A stretch of DNA of 64,000 nucleotides from an uncultured Ignavibacteriales bacterium. Its GTDB lineage: Bacteria; Zixibacteria; MSB-5A5; GN15; JAAZOE01. Below, one piece after another: positions 1 through 10,019 of this stretch. The first letter of the stretch is position 1. Each line of letters begins with the position of its first letter. The translations under genes and the position numbers were made by a program. The stretch is from NCBI GenBank assembly GCA_964611355.1, contig CAZSYD010000004.1, positions 9,034-73,033 of the forward strand. Direction: 5' to 3'. Under the pieces are notes generated by a model, which saw nothing but the letters and a program-made list of their open reading frames with translations, was not told where the DNA came from and did not search any database.

Positions 1-1200
1 GTCAACCTCGATGCCGAAGTATTTAACAAACCGTTCGTTCCATTCGCCCGGCACATCGGCCGGTTTAATATCGCCGCTTAGCATCGCCCGCTCCATTTCG
101 AAGCGAAGCAGAATATGCAGGTTGTAGGTAACTTCGTCAGCTTCAACCCTGATATATGACGGGGTAACATAATTGATGGCGGCGTAGAAATCTTCCAGAG
201 AGACGCCTTCCAGTGACTCGCGGAACATCCGTTGGGCAATCGGGAAAAAATATTTCCAGAACGGCCTTGATCGGCCGACCATATTTTCCCACATCCGCGA
301 TTGCGATTCGTGGATACCGAGCGAGGCCGCCTCACCGACCGGCGTACCGAAATGGCTCTTCTTGTCGATTCCCATCTCGTATAGGGCATGGCCGGTTTCA
401 TGGATGGTACCGAAGAGAGCGTCGTTTATACGCCTTGGATTATAGCGAGTGGTGATGCGTGTATCACCCGGGCCGAGACCGGTAGTAAAAGGATGCGTGG
501 CGATATCGAGCCGACCGTTGTTGAAATCGTAGCCGAGCGCAGAGGCCACCATCTCGCCGAACATCTTCTGCCGTTCAACGTCGAAAGGCCGCTCAACTAT
601 CGAAACATCCGGCCTTTTGGATGAATCCTTGATTCGCCCTAAAAGGCCGACAAGGTCCGTCCTGAGTTTTTCAAAAACCCCGGAGATTTCTTCGACCGTA
701 GCTCCCGGTTCATAGTTGTCTATCAGGGCATTGTAAGGCTCGCCTTTGTAGCCGTACGCCTCTGCTTTCTTTCGGCAAAGATCGACAATCTTTTCAAGCC
801 AGGGCTGGAATTTCCTGAAATCCGCTTTTCTCCGCGCTTCGGCCCATTCGTTATGAGCCAACGCCGTCGTCTTGTTGAATTCCTCGACCAGTTCTTTGGG
901 AAGTTTGGTTTCCTTGTCGTAGCTGTGGCGGATTTCCCGAACGTTGGCAGTTTCGATCGAATCGGAATCCTTGACCAGATCAGAATCTTCCACCGCTGAT
1001 AAAAGCTCGCCGATTTTCGGGTCGGTAAACCTCTCGTGCACCATTCCGGCCAGCAGGCTCAACTGCTCCGCGCGAAATGCGGCTCCCCCAAAAGGCATAT
1101 AAACCTGGTGATCCCATCCCAGGACGCCCTCACAGGAAGCAAGAACGCTTATTTCTTTAATTCGCTTTATCAGTTCGTCGTAAGCTTCTTTTGGCGCCAT
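1..1200 (-). CDS. M32 family metallocarboxypeptidase (carboxypeptidase Taq-like); C-terminus lies beyond the left window edge
   Basis: Absent from the ORF track because it has no stop inside the window. Reverse-strand translation from ATG at 1200..1198 reads MAPKEAYDELIKRIKEISVLASCEGVLGWDHQVYMP... It contains RLDIATHPFTTGL, HETGHALYE (HEXXH, nt 388-402), GIHESQSRMWEN and IRVEADEVTYNLHI, which are hallmark M32 motifs. Confidence 0.85.
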   Translation of the reverse strand, partial: MAPKEAYDELIKRIKEISVLASCEGVLGWDHQVYMPFGGAAFRAEQLSLLAGMVHERFTDPKIGELLSAVEDSDLVKDSDSIETANVREIRHSYDKETKLPKELVEEFNKTTALAHNEWAEARRKADFRKFQPWLEKIVDLCRKKAEAYGYKGEPYNALIDNYEPGATVEEISGVFEKLRTDLVGLLGRIKDSSKRPDVSIVERPFDVERQKMFGEMVASALGYDFNNGRLDIATHPFTTGLGPGDTRITTRYNPRRINDALFGTIHETGHALYEMGIDKKSHFGTPVGEAASLGIHESQSRMWENMVGRSRPFWKYFFPIAQRMFRESLEGVSLEDFYAAINYVTPSYIRVEADEVTYNLHILLRFEMERAMLSGDIKPADVPGEWNERFVKYFGIEVD

Positions 1201-1340
1201 CTTATTCTCCTCGTTCAACCGGGTTTCCCGAAACCTGCACTTTCAGGCCGACCCTTCATGAATTCATAAATATTAAATTTAATTGGGAAGATATATCAAT
1301 TCAGGTTGAAAAGCAAATCTGATATGGTCGCCTGTTCGGC

Positions 1341-2357
1341 TCAGGAAACCTGCTTTTTCCGTTGGCGGCTTTTTCGAAGCGTAAGTTTGCGAGAACCCTC
1401 AGCCGACTGGCTGCCGCCGTATCGGTCGCACGCCCCCTTAGCCAGACTGAGAACCATATCAGCCAGTTCTTTCGGATATATCACCCTGGCATCGCCGCCA
1501 AAACCAAGGACCCAGCGGGCTATCTCTTCCAGGCCGCTGGCCCTCACGGTATATTCTACCGAGCCGTTTTTAAGCTTTTTGATATTCTCCGAGCAATGCC
1601 TTTTACCGGAAGAGATCATATAAGCAATTCCCGGGGAAAACCTGATCTTGATATCGTGCGGTATTCCGCCGGCCACGCCCCAACTATATTGGAAAAACTT
1701 TTCCGGATCGAATTCCTTGTCCCGTTCAAAGGTCTCTTCCTCGACGCAATATTCCCGTATCCTTTCAAGCCGAAAAAGCCGATACTCTTGTCTCATATTG
1801 CAATAAGCCAGCAGGTAGAAAGCCCGACCCCGGAAGACCAGATTGTATGGTCGGACTTTTCGAACCGATTTCTTTCCGACCCTGTTGGTATAGGTCATGG
1901 TGCATATCCGGCGATCCATTATGGAGTCTTCAATCAGATCATACAGCCCGGGATATATGCCGTCGCCAACCGTTGTGGATCTGTCCACCTTCAGCCAGGA
2001 TTCTCCTTCAACGGCATCCTCATCGGGCAGACGTCCGACCCGGCTGTTGATCTTGGCCAGCACCTTTTCCATTTCCTTTTTCAACGGCTCGAATGAAGCC
2101 ATCGGAGTTGATTTGACGGCCAGGTTTAGAAGCAACACTTCCCGGCCGGTCAGAGAAATCGGCGGCAGGACATCGCTCCGCAGAAATTTATACCCGTCGT
2201 CGTAGTAGATCGGAATATTGGCCGCCGAAAGGGTAATAATATCCCGGTAAATTGTTCTTCGGGAAACCCCGCACCTTTCGGCTATATCTCCGGCCTTTAG
2301 ATTCTTATTGGCCTGGATCAGATTGATGACATATAGAAGACGTTCATACTTTTGCAT
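1341..2357 (-). CDS. HTH + WYL-domain transcriptional regulator (YafY-like architecture)
   Basis: N-terminal wHTH: MQKYERLLYVINLIQANKNLKAGDIAERCGVSRRTIYRDI. Central WYL-like core: RKVRPYNLVFRGRAFYLLAYCNMRQEYRLFRLERI. I moved the start from the track's 2411 to the internal ATG at 2357, because the upstream extension is hydrophobic junk. Confidence 0.8.
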   Translation of the reverse strand: MQKYERLLYVINLIQANKNLKAGDIAERCGVSRRTIYRDIITLSAANIPIYYDDGYKFLRSDVLPPISLTGREVLLLNLAVKSTPMASFEPLKKEMEKVLAKINSRVGRLPDEDAVEGESWLKVDRSTTVGDGIYPGLYDLIEDSIMDRRICTMTYTNRVGKKSVRKVRPYNLVFRGRAFYLLAYCNMRQEYRLFRLERIREYCVEEETFERDKEFDPEKFFQYSWGVAGGIPHDIKIRFSPGIAYMISSGKRHCSENIKKLKNGSVEYTVRASGLEEIARWVLGFGGDARVIYPKELADMVLSLAKGACDRYGGSQSAEGSRKLTLRKSRQRKKQVS

Positions 2358-2465
2358 CAGAATATCCTCCCCGTCAATAATAGTTATAACGATACAAGCC
2401 GTCAAAGTCAAATTGGTTTTCTAAAATCGGTAGTATCGTGCTTCACCGATCAGGTATTGTCGTTT

Positions 2466-2487
2466 CCCCATAGTTTCGTCTATGGGG
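2466..2487. promoter_or_regulatory. Perfect palindrome CCCCATAG-N6-CTATGGGG in a divergent intergenic region; candidate operator
   Basis: Read directly: ccccatag tttcgt ctatgggg. It lies about 110 nt from the WYL gene start and about 120 nt from the start of the 2609 operon. It cannot be a terminator because both flanking genes diverge from it. Confidence 0.3.
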
Positions 2488-2608
2488 CAATTCCCATACC
2501 ATCGCCCCAACCTGCTGCAACTTCGCCCGTTGCGGAGCCGGCCTTTCATCGGCACACCCTTTGCGAATCTGCTTCCCGGAAATCGCCAACTATTTACCTG
2601 GGGGAAAT

Positions 2609-4624
2609 ATGACCACAAGAAGAAAACGCCCCAAGAAGAAAAGCCTCGGCAGAAGGCTCCTGTATCTGGCGAGTCACCTGTTGTGTGCAGGTTTCGCCAT
2701 AGTCCTGTTTTTGACCCTTGTGCAGTGCACTATCAAGAAACCCGAGGCGCCTTCATGGAAAACCAACCTGGTCATTCCCTTGGCCAATAAAACCTGGGAC
2801 ATGGAGGAACTGATTGAAAAGCTCAATCAGGAAAACCTTACTACCGACTCCAGCGGCAACCCGCTATTCTTTTACGAAAATGTGCTGGATACGGTAACGA
2901 TCGACGCCTCTTTTGCCGTGGACGACGTCGCCAAGACTTTTGCCGAATCTCTCGGTATCGTTGAACTCGATCCGATTGAAGAAACCGGCTTTGAGATCAA
3001 TCTCGGTGACGAATTCCCCGACCTCCCGCCGGGAAGTTTTCCGGATACGTCTTTTGATATTTCCCAGCCGCTGCCGCCCATGGGAGATTTTGCGGCCGTC
3101 ACTGTTTCAAGCGGCAACATGGTGGCGACAATCATCAACGATTTCGGCATTGATCTCGACACCGTCATAGTGACGATCAATGATGATTCTCTTGGCTGGC
3201 AGGTAACACATTATTCAATACCCGGAGGGATACCCGCCGGCGAAACGTCAGTTGATACCATCGATCTGGCCGGCAAAACCATCTCCAATAAGCTAAGCGC
3301 GCTTATTCACTGCCATACTCCCGGAGCGCCGACCGGTTTTACGACCGCCGACAAAACGCTGTCAGCCGGAGTCGGCATGCCGACCGGTCTGAACGTATCC
3401 TCCGCAACTGCGGTAATACCCGCAATTTCGAAATCATTCGGTGATACGGTTGAAATCGTCAGCGATCACGAGGTTACCAGAGCTGAACTTGAAGACGGGC
3501 AACTGGCGATCGATATCCGAAACAACACCGCGCTGCCCGATACGCTGAGTATCACTATTCCTGGCCTAAGGAACGGTCCCGATTCCCTGGTAATCGATAC
3601 TACCATTGACCCAAATAGCTCGGTTCAGATCAGCCGTAACCTTGACGGCTATTATCTTGAACCGAACGGCAACCAGGAGTTGGTCTTCACCGTCGACGCG
3701 GTCGTCAACTCCTCCGGTTCATTCGTTACCGTTAATTCAACCGACGACATGTCAATCGATGTCAATGTCTCAAATATTGCTCTGGCCAGCGTCGAAGGAA
3801 CGATCGCCAATACCTCGGCCAATTTCGACGACATCGAGGAAGAGATCGATATACCCACCGGGTTTGACGCCATGCAGCTTCCCTCGGCGATGCTTATTCT
3901 TGAAATCACCAACAGCGTTAACATCCCGGGAAGTTATTCAATAAATATCGTTCACAACAACGGCCGGGTCAAAGAAGTGGCCGGCAATGTCGATCCGGGC
4001 ACGCCCGATAATCCCGTCACTACCGTCAATGATATTGCTTTGGGCGACTTTATGGATCCGATACCGGAAACCATCACAGTCAACGGCAGCGCCACCTTCG
4101 GCGGCGCCGGATCGGTCACTCCAAACGACTATGTGATTGCGAAAATCACCATCAGTTCTCCGCTGGAGATGATTATCAACCCCAACGATTCAATTGAAGG
4201 TGAGTGGGAAGATATCAATATGGACATCGACAGTTCGGTCGTTGACGGTTTCGAAACAGCTCATTTCTACGCCACCTTTACCAATCGTCTTCCGGTCGGC
4301 GTAACCGCGGAAATTCTGCTTGGCGGCGACTCCGCTTCGCTGTATGGCAATCCCGATGTAACGCTGGGTCCGATATCGGTTGCCGCCGGTTACGTTAATC
4401 CGGCCACCGGTACGGTCGATTCCGCCCGCGCTTCCACCAACGAAATCATTATGGACGCTGATATGATAAAGGTGCTGTACAATGACACTCTCTGGGTGGG
4501 AGAATGGATCAAACTCGATTCAACCGGCGGAGCATCGGTAAAGATGACCTACAGCGATTCACTGACCATAACCGGTTACATCGAGGTTGAGTACAACTTC
4601 AGCGATGACCTCTTTGAGGATTGA
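2609..4624 (+). CDS. Large N-terminally anchored envelope protein, unknown function (possible lipoprotein, LVQC)
   Basis: 672-aa ORF with GGGGGA 4 nt upstream of the ATG at 2609. It has a basic N-terminus (TTRRKRPKKK), one hydrophobic helix and then LTLVQC|T. The remainder is acidic and Thr/Asp/Asn-rich, suggesting beta-rich extracytoplasmic domains. I recognise no catalytic motif. Confidence 0.65.
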   Translation: MTTRRKRPKKKSLGRRLLYLASHLLCAGFAIVLFLTLVQCTIKKPEAPSWKTNLVIPLANKTWDMEELIEKLNQENLTTDSSGNPLFFYENVLDTVTIDASFAVDDVAKTFAESLGIVELDPIEETGFEINLGDEFPDLPPGSFPDTSFDISQPLPPMGDFAAVTVSSGNMVATIINDFGIDLDTVIVTINDDSLGWQVTHYSIPGGIPAGETSVDTIDLAGKTISNKLSALIHCHTPGAPTGFTTADKTLSAGVGMPTGLNVSSATAVIPAISKSFGDTVEIVSDHEVTRAELEDGQLAIDIRNNTALPDTLSITIPGLRNGPDSLVIDTTIDPNSSVQISRNLDGYYLEPNGNQELVFTVDAVVNSSGSFVTVNSTDDMSIDVNVSNIALASVEGTIANTSANFDDIEEEIDIPTGFDAMQLPSAMLILEITNSVNIPGSYSINIVHNNGRVKEVAGNVDPGTPDNPVTTVNDIALGDFMDPIPETITVNGSATFGGAGSVTPNDYVIAKITISSPLEMIINPNDSIEGEWEDINMDIDSSVVDGFETAHFYATFTNRLPVGVTAEILLGGDSASLYGNPDVTLGPISVAAGYVNPATGTVDSARASTNEIIMDADMIKVLYNDTLWVGEWIKLDSTGGASVKMTYSDSLTITGYIEVEYNFSDDLFED

Positions 4625-4668
4625 TGACCATGAAGATCGAAGTTTTGAAAATAGATCCGGGGGAAATT

Positions 4669-5922
4669 ATGAAACGCAAGATATTTGTCGCCCTCGCTGT
4701 GGCCGGTATGCTGCTGATCGGGATTTCGACCGCTTCGGCATCCGGACTGGCCAACGCCCGGGCGATCGGCATGGCCGGAGCATACACTTCTCTGGCCAAG
4801 GGGTATGACTGCCCCAGCTTCAATCCTGCCAACCTTGGTTTTGAATCGCATCGCTTAAGCGGCTTTCAATTGTTCGGTTTGGGAGTATCGATTTCGAACA
4901 ACAGTTTTTCGCTGGACGATTACAACTCCTACACCGGCGCCGTTTTGAGCGAAGACGATAAGGAAAACCTCCTTTCCAAGATTCCCGCCGAGGGACTCAA
5001 GGTTACCGCCAATGCTGAAGCCAGCGCTCTTGCGGTCGGAATGGGGAGCTTTGCGATTTCAATATCCGGTATCGGGGCGGCAGAAATCAATCTTGGCCGC
5101 GCGCCGATGGAACTGCTTCTGCAGGGTAATACCCTGGCCGACACGGTTGACGTCAACGACATGTACGGCGAAGGTTACGGTCTGGCCTCGCTCAATTTTT
5201 CGTACGGACGCCTTGTCTATAAAAACGTCGACCGCCAGCTTTCCGTCGGCGGCACCTTCCGTTACCTCCGCGGTTTCGGTTACGAAGAAGTCATTGAATT
5301 GAACGGCAAGGCGGTCACGATGTCTACAGGGTTCGAGGGCGAGGGCAGTCTGGTGGCTCGCACCGCCACCGGCGGTTCCGGCATTGCCCTCGACCTTGGC
5401 GCGGCCCTGAAGATCAACAAAGACTATACGGTCGGCGTCAACTTTAACAATTTCCTCAGCGTCATCAAATGGAACAAAAACACAAAGGAACACCGTTTCA
5501 CCTTCGAATTCGACACGCTGAATGCAGGCAACATGGGCAGCGATTCAATCATTACTTCAACCGACACCACTATCGAGATCAGTTCTTTCTCGTCGCATCT
5601 GCCGTCAAGCATCAGAGCCGGTCTGGCTAAAACAACCGGATCATTCCTGTGGGCGGTTGACTGGGAGCAGGGATTCAAAAGAGCCGCCGGCAGCAGCGCC
5701 ACGCCCAGAATATCGACCGGCGGAGAATATCGCCCGTTAGGTTTCCTTCCCCTCAGGGCCGGTTTTGCCATCGGAGGCAAACAGGGAACCACGTACGCCG
5801 GCGGTTTCGGACTGGACATCTCGCCCTTTTATCTCGATCTGGCGGCGGCCAATTACAATGCCATCAGCGGTTCCGCAGGCAAGGGCCTTAATTTCGCCGT
5901 CAACAGCGGCTTTCGATTCTAA
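4669..5922 (+). CDS. Outer-membrane beta-barrel protein (FadL/PorV-like class)
   Basis: Signal peptide MKRKIFVALAVAGMLLIGISTASA. N-terminal motif ARAIGMAGAYTSLAKGYDCPSFNPANLG resembles FadL/PorV-type barrels. The sequence has alternating amphipathic strands and a C-terminal aromatic beta-signal ...FAVNSGFRF. Confidence 0.65.
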   Translation: MKRKIFVALAVAGMLLIGISTASASGLANARAIGMAGAYTSLAKGYDCPSFNPANLGFESHRLSGFQLFGLGVSISNNSFSLDDYNSYTGAVLSEDDKENLLSKIPAEGLKVTANAEASALAVGMGSFAISISGIGAAEINLGRAPMELLLQGNTLADTVDVNDMYGEGYGLASLNFSYGRLVYKNVDRQLSVGGTFRYLRGFGYEEVIELNGKAVTMSTGFEGEGSLVARTATGGSGIALDLGAALKINKDYTVGVNFNNFLSVIKWNKNTKEHRFTFEFDTLNAGNMGSDSIITSTDTTIEISSFSSHLPSSIRAGLAKTTGSFLWAVDWEQGFKRAAGSSATPRISTGGEYRPLGFLPLRAGFAIGGKQGTTYAGGFGLDISPFYLDLAAANYNAISGSAGKGLNFAVNSGFRF

Positions 5923-5932
5923 GGAGTAGATC

Positions 5933-7651
5933 ATGAAGGTTAAATTATTTGCTGCACCAATTGATCTCCGGCCGATGTTGACTTCGCTATGTCTGACCGC
6001 TCTGTTGCTCATGGCCGGATACAGCTCGGCAATGCCGCCTTATCCGGATGTGCAGACCAAAATTGACCAAGGCGCCATACCGCAACCGTTTCTCAAAGAA
6101 ACGTTTTACGAGATGCCGGCATATTTGAAGATTAATGCCCCATCTATAAAAAACGCCGTTTCTGTAACGGGCACATTTCGAGCCCTCTGCATTCTGGTTG
6201 ATTTCTCCGATAATACTTCTTCGGCCAACGCTCACGAATTCGACACGTTGATCTTCAACAACGGGACGGGAACGGTTCGGCACTATTATAGCGAAGTTTC
6301 CTATGGCCAGATTGACATCGTCGCCGTTGATCTGCCGTCATCGCTGGGCTGGCAGCGCGCGCCCCAAACATACACCTACTACGTCAATAGCAATTATGGA
6401 ACCGGGTCGTATCCGCAAAACACTCAGAAGCTCTGCGAAGACCTGGTTGACCTGGTTGATCCAGTGGTCAATTTCGCTGATTACGATAACGATGGCAACG
6501 GCTCTGTGGACGTCGTCATGATCGTGCATGCCGGGCCCGGCGCCGAAAAAACCGGGTCAACCTCAGATATCTGGTCGCACAAGTGGGGTATCAGCCCACG
6601 CTACAAAGATGGCGTGTACGTTTCCAACTACACCGTCATGCCGGAGTACTGGAATTCAGCCGGCGATATGACCATAGGCGTATATTGCCATGAACTTGGG
6701 CATGTTTTCGGACTGCCGGATCTGTACGACACGGAGCAACCACCCTCGGGAACCGCTTCCCAGGGAATCGGCCGCTGGTCGCTCATGGCCGGAGGCAGTT
6801 GGAACGGATACCTTGGCGACAGCCCGGCTCATCTTGACGCCTGGTGCAAAAAAGAGGTCGGCTGGATTAACCCGACCAACATTACCAGCAATCAAACCGG
6901 TGTCTACATTCCGAATTCCGAGTACAATGCCGTCGCCTACCGGCTCTGGACGTCAGGATCCGCCGGCGATGAATATTTCCTGGTGGAAAATCGTCAAAAG
7001 GTCGGCTACGACTCGACTCTCCCCGGACCAGGGGTGCTGATATGGCATATTGACGAAAGCATTACCACCGACAACGATCACGAATGGTATCCGGGACATA
7101 CCGAATACGGACATTATATGGTCGCCCTGGAACAGGCCGATAATCTCTACCAACTGGAAAAGAATACATCTCCGGGAAACGGCGGTGATCCTTATCCGGG
7201 GAGTGCCTCGAATACAAGTTTCACACCGACATCAAGTCCCAATTCCAACGGTTACAGCGCATCCAGCAGTTATGTTTCTATTACAAATATCTCGCCTTCA
7301 GCCTCGACCATGACGGCTGATTTCGCCGTAACCCTCTCCTCCGGCAACGAAGACCAGGAAACTGATGCTCTTCCCCAATTGACTCTGGAGCAGAATTATC
7401 CCAACCCGTTCAATCCGTCAACCAGCATAAGGTATTCCATCGAGACTGCCGGTAATATCGAAATAAATATCTACAACATCCTCGGTGAGTTTGTTTCGCA
7501 GATCGTGTACGGCTATCATTCACCGGGAACCTATACAACCCGCTGGAATGGGACGGATGGTGACGGTCAGCGCGCGCCAAGCGGCGTATATCTCTATGAA
7601 CTGGCCACGGACGAAAGTAACCTTGTGCGAAAAATGCTTATGCTGAAGTAA
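5933..7651 (+). CDS. Secreted M6-like (immune inhibitor A-type) zinc metalloprotease with T9SS C-terminal sorting domain
   Basis: HELGHVFGLPDLYD (HEXXH at 6689-6703). Signal/anchor at the N-terminus. The C-terminal ~85 aa read LEQNYPNPFNPSTSIRYSI...GVYLYEL...RKMLMLK, typical of a Por secretion tail / T9SS type A CTD. Confidence 0.8.
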   Translation: MKVKLFAAPIDLRPMLTSLCLTALLLMAGYSSAMPPYPDVQTKIDQGAIPQPFLKETFYEMPAYLKINAPSIKNAVSVTGTFRALCILVDFSDNTSSANAHEFDTLIFNNGTGTVRHYYSEVSYGQIDIVAVDLPSSLGWQRAPQTYTYYVNSNYGTGSYPQNTQKLCEDLVDLVDPVVNFADYDNDGNGSVDVVMIVHAGPGAEKTGSTSDIWSHKWGISPRYKDGVYVSNYTVMPEYWNSAGDMTIGVYCHELGHVFGLPDLYDTEQPPSGTASQGIGRWSLMAGGSWNGYLGDSPAHLDAWCKKEVGWINPTNITSNQTGVYIPNSEYNAVAYRLWTSGSAGDEYFLVENRQKVGYDSTLPGPGVLIWHIDESITTDNDHEWYPGHTEYGHYMVALEQADNLYQLEKNTSPGNGGDPYPGSASNTSFTPTSSPNSNGYSASSSYVSITNISPSASTMTADFAVTLSSGNEDQETDALPQLTLEQNYPNPFNPSTSIRYSIETAGNIEINIYNILGEFVSQIVYGYHSPGTYTTRWNGTDGDGQRAPSGVYLYELATDESNLVRKMLMLK

Positions 7652-7734
7652 GCCGGATACCACGCACTATTCAGGCATATCGGCTTGCATGTTTCTGCCT
7701 CCCCCACGGAAACAAGACGGTATGCCTTATTGGA

Positions 7735-7762
7735 AGCCCCTGCCAATCGGCGGGGGCTTTTT
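7735..7762 (+). terminator. Rho-independent terminator after the M6 protease gene
   Basis: 10-bp stem agcccctgcc / ggcgggggct (one G-U pair), loop aatc, followed by TTTT. Confidence 0.65.
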
Positions 7763-7767
7763 GATTA

Positions 7768-7986
7768 TTACTGATCGTGTTGTTGAGCGCCGATGTCCAC
7801 TTCTTCGGGAACTCCACGACCCTGTAATTTTTTCTCTCTTTTCCTTTTCATGTAGCACGACTTGCATAATTTCGGATCGTCAGTATAACCCTTTTCGGCG
7901 AAATACTGCTGTGCCTGTATGGTGAACACAAATTCCTCTCCGCAGTCGGCACATATCAGGATCTTAGTTTCGAAACCAGAATCCAT
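7768..7986 (-). CDS. Small zinc-ribbon protein (CxxC...CxxC)
   Basis: 72 aa. CADCGEEFVFTIQAQQYFAEKGYTDDPKLCKSCY followed by a basic tail KRKREKK. This matches the widespread 'probable zinc-ribbon' small-protein pattern. Confidence 0.6.
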   Translation of the reverse strand: MDSGFETKILICADCGEEFVFTIQAQQYFAEKGYTDDPKLCKSCYMKRKREKKLQGRGVPEEVDIGAQQHDQ

Positions 7987-8181
7987 GATACCCCTCTTAG
8001 GCCGATTAATTACATCCCTGTAATACCCAAGACTTTCTGTTTCGGCAGTATCGGGTAGTAACTTCTATCCTTAAATAGCAATGCTCGCCATTGTTAAAAA
8101 ATTTGTCAACAAAAACTATGGGGCTATTACGAAGAAATACAGGCCAAAAATCAATCGAATTAACCTTGATTTGGCAAACCG

Positions 8182-9867
8182 TTATCTGTCGGCGCAGGGC
8201 TCGGGACCGTTATGGAAAATATGACAAAGAAGATAGACGGCGTCGGCTATATTAATTGAGCCGTCGCAATTGGTGTCGCCGCTCTGCCATCTCGGCTGCG
8301 GGATTTGACCTTTATTGAAAATATAGTTTAATATATAATTTACATCGCCGATATTGACCGATCTGTCGTAATTTGCATCTCCGTAAGGAAGAACAATACT
8401 GCTCAGGTAATAATCATTTTCCGATGTGTACGGCGATATTACCGCAGGGATCACCGCTACCGAATTGTAATCTTCGATGTATGGCAAGTAAAGGCTGATA
8501 TGACTACCGCCTGAAGCGGTGTCGGTCAGAATCGTATCCGACTCGCCATCGGCAATTATACCGGTCGCCACCCATTGGACAGGAACGGCCCCATCAAGTC
8601 TTATTTCAAGTATCCCTTTAGCATTACCAACGTTCAGGTTTATATAATTCCCGGCTAATCCATCCGGGCGATTTACCGGCATGATTGAATCATGGGGCAA
8701 AGTTGAAAATGACAGATCGATATCAACCGGGGGATAATCGGCGGCGTCCGGAAAATACAAGCCCGGCACAGTTCTTTCGCCGGTATAGTAATTCCAGAGG
8801 GTAAATTCGGGAAATATCTGCCTAACGTCGGTTCCATAGGAAACCAGCGCCGAATCAATAGCAGCCAGAGCATCATTATAGCGACAGGCTTCCCATATCG
8901 GACGAAAGATAAAGATATCGTACTTGTTCTGCAGGAAAGCCGGCCAGATAAATGTACCGTACATATGGTAACCGGTATCGGTGGTCAGAGCCAGTTCCGG
9001 TTTCGTGTAGAAAAGCCACAAATAGTTATAATTATCGTTGACCTCCGGAAAGACGACCTCCTCCATCCAGACGGCGCCGGCCTCCATCCACCATAAATCC
9101 TCATGGACGTCGTACGCCAGTTGAACGGCGTGATAAATCTCGTGGGCGCACGTCACTTTCTGCGCCCCGATGGTATCCCCTTCCGGATCATCATTGGGCG
9201 GAAAACCATAGAAATTATGGTGAATCCCGATATAGCTGCTGTAATCATTCCAGGCGCTGTCGCCTGCAGCGTCAGGGAATGTAACGCCGTACCCGCTGAT
9301 TGCCAGAAGATAAATATCGTACTTATCGTCGCCCCCTTGACCGTTATCCGACGGCGGGGGATAATATCCGAAATTGGCGACGTAGGTTGTATAAGCGCTA
9401 TCGCCGTATAAAGCTATCCGTTCCACGTAGTCGGGAATGGAGTTCAGATTGTCATCCTGAGGCGGCACCGCTTCCGGCCCCGAGGTATTGTAATGAATCC
9501 TGAAAAGACCGGCCGGTGAATCATACGAATACTGAGCCGAAGGACGGGCAAGGTATCCCGAAATCAAAAATTGCTGCTCCGGCGTGAAAATATGCCGGTT
9601 TTCAAAGATCTCCAGTGCAAGGCCAGTGCCCGATTTAATTATTGACGATTGATCAACCTGACCGGCAGTCAAAGAAAGCGGTGTAAAAAAGAGCCTTGCC
9701 TGGCAGGTGAGTTTCTCGGCCAGGTCAATTTGCCCCAAGAGATAAGCCTTTTCAGCGTCAAGATAATTATCCGGCTCATCCATTCCGAAGGCGCAGGCGG
9801 TTACCAGCCAGAATAAGAGCGCCAAACAAATTAATATCCGAGATTTTGAAGAATTTCCAACAGCCAT
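8182..9867 (-). CDS. Secreted putative HEXXH metalloprotease with C-terminal dockerin-like module
   Basis: Signal peptide (ILICLALLFWLVTACAFG). TCAHEIYHAVQLAYDVHEDLWWMEAGAVWMEE (HEIYH at 9130-9144). The C-terminus has duplicated Ca-binding dockerin-type repeats: DANYDRSVNIGDVNYILNYIF ... GDTNCDGSINIADAVYLLCHIF. Confidence 0.6.
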   Translation of the reverse strand: MAVGNSSKSRILICLALLFWLVTACAFGMDEPDNYLDAEKAYLLGQIDLAEKLTCQARLFFTPLSLTAGQVDQSSIIKSGTGLALEIFENRHIFTPEQQFLISGYLARPSAQYSYDSPAGLFRIHYNTSGPEAVPPQDDNLNSIPDYVERIALYGDSAYTTYVANFGYYPPPSDNGQGGDDKYDIYLLAISGYGVTFPDAAGDSAWNDYSSYIGIHHNFYGFPPNDDPEGDTIGAQKVTCAHEIYHAVQLAYDVHEDLWWMEAGAVWMEEVVFPEVNDNYNYLWLFYTKPELALTTDTGYHMYGTFIWPAFLQNKYDIFIFRPIWEACRYNDALAAIDSALVSYGTDVRQIFPEFTLWNYYTGERTVPGLYFPDAADYPPVDIDLSFSTLPHDSIMPVNRPDGLAGNYINLNVGNAKGILEIRLDGAVPVQWVATGIIADGESDTILTDTASGGSHISLYLPYIEDYNSVAVIPAVISPYTSENDYYLSSIVLPYGDANYDRSVNIGDVNYILNYIFNKGQIPQPRWQSGDTNCDGSINIADAVYLLCHIFHNGPEPCADR

Positions 9868-10019
9868 CGTCGTCCTTCAAAGCCGTATGGTGGTAATTGA
9901 TATAAAAGGCGGACGAATTCCTATAGACAGGATACCACCGTTTGCCGTTTAGTCAAGTTTGTTATTCATATATCCCGATATAGCCGTACTTTTGCAATCC
10001 GGGCAGCTTCTACACTGTA

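Noticed and set aside
1341-7651. The idea that the WYL regulator marks an anti-phage defence island.
   Set aside because: No nuclease, helicase, ATPase, cyclase, TIR/SIR2, methyltransferase or toxin-like gene is nearby. The neighbours are envelope or secreted proteins and peptidases. I kept it only as an unusual regulatory pairing.
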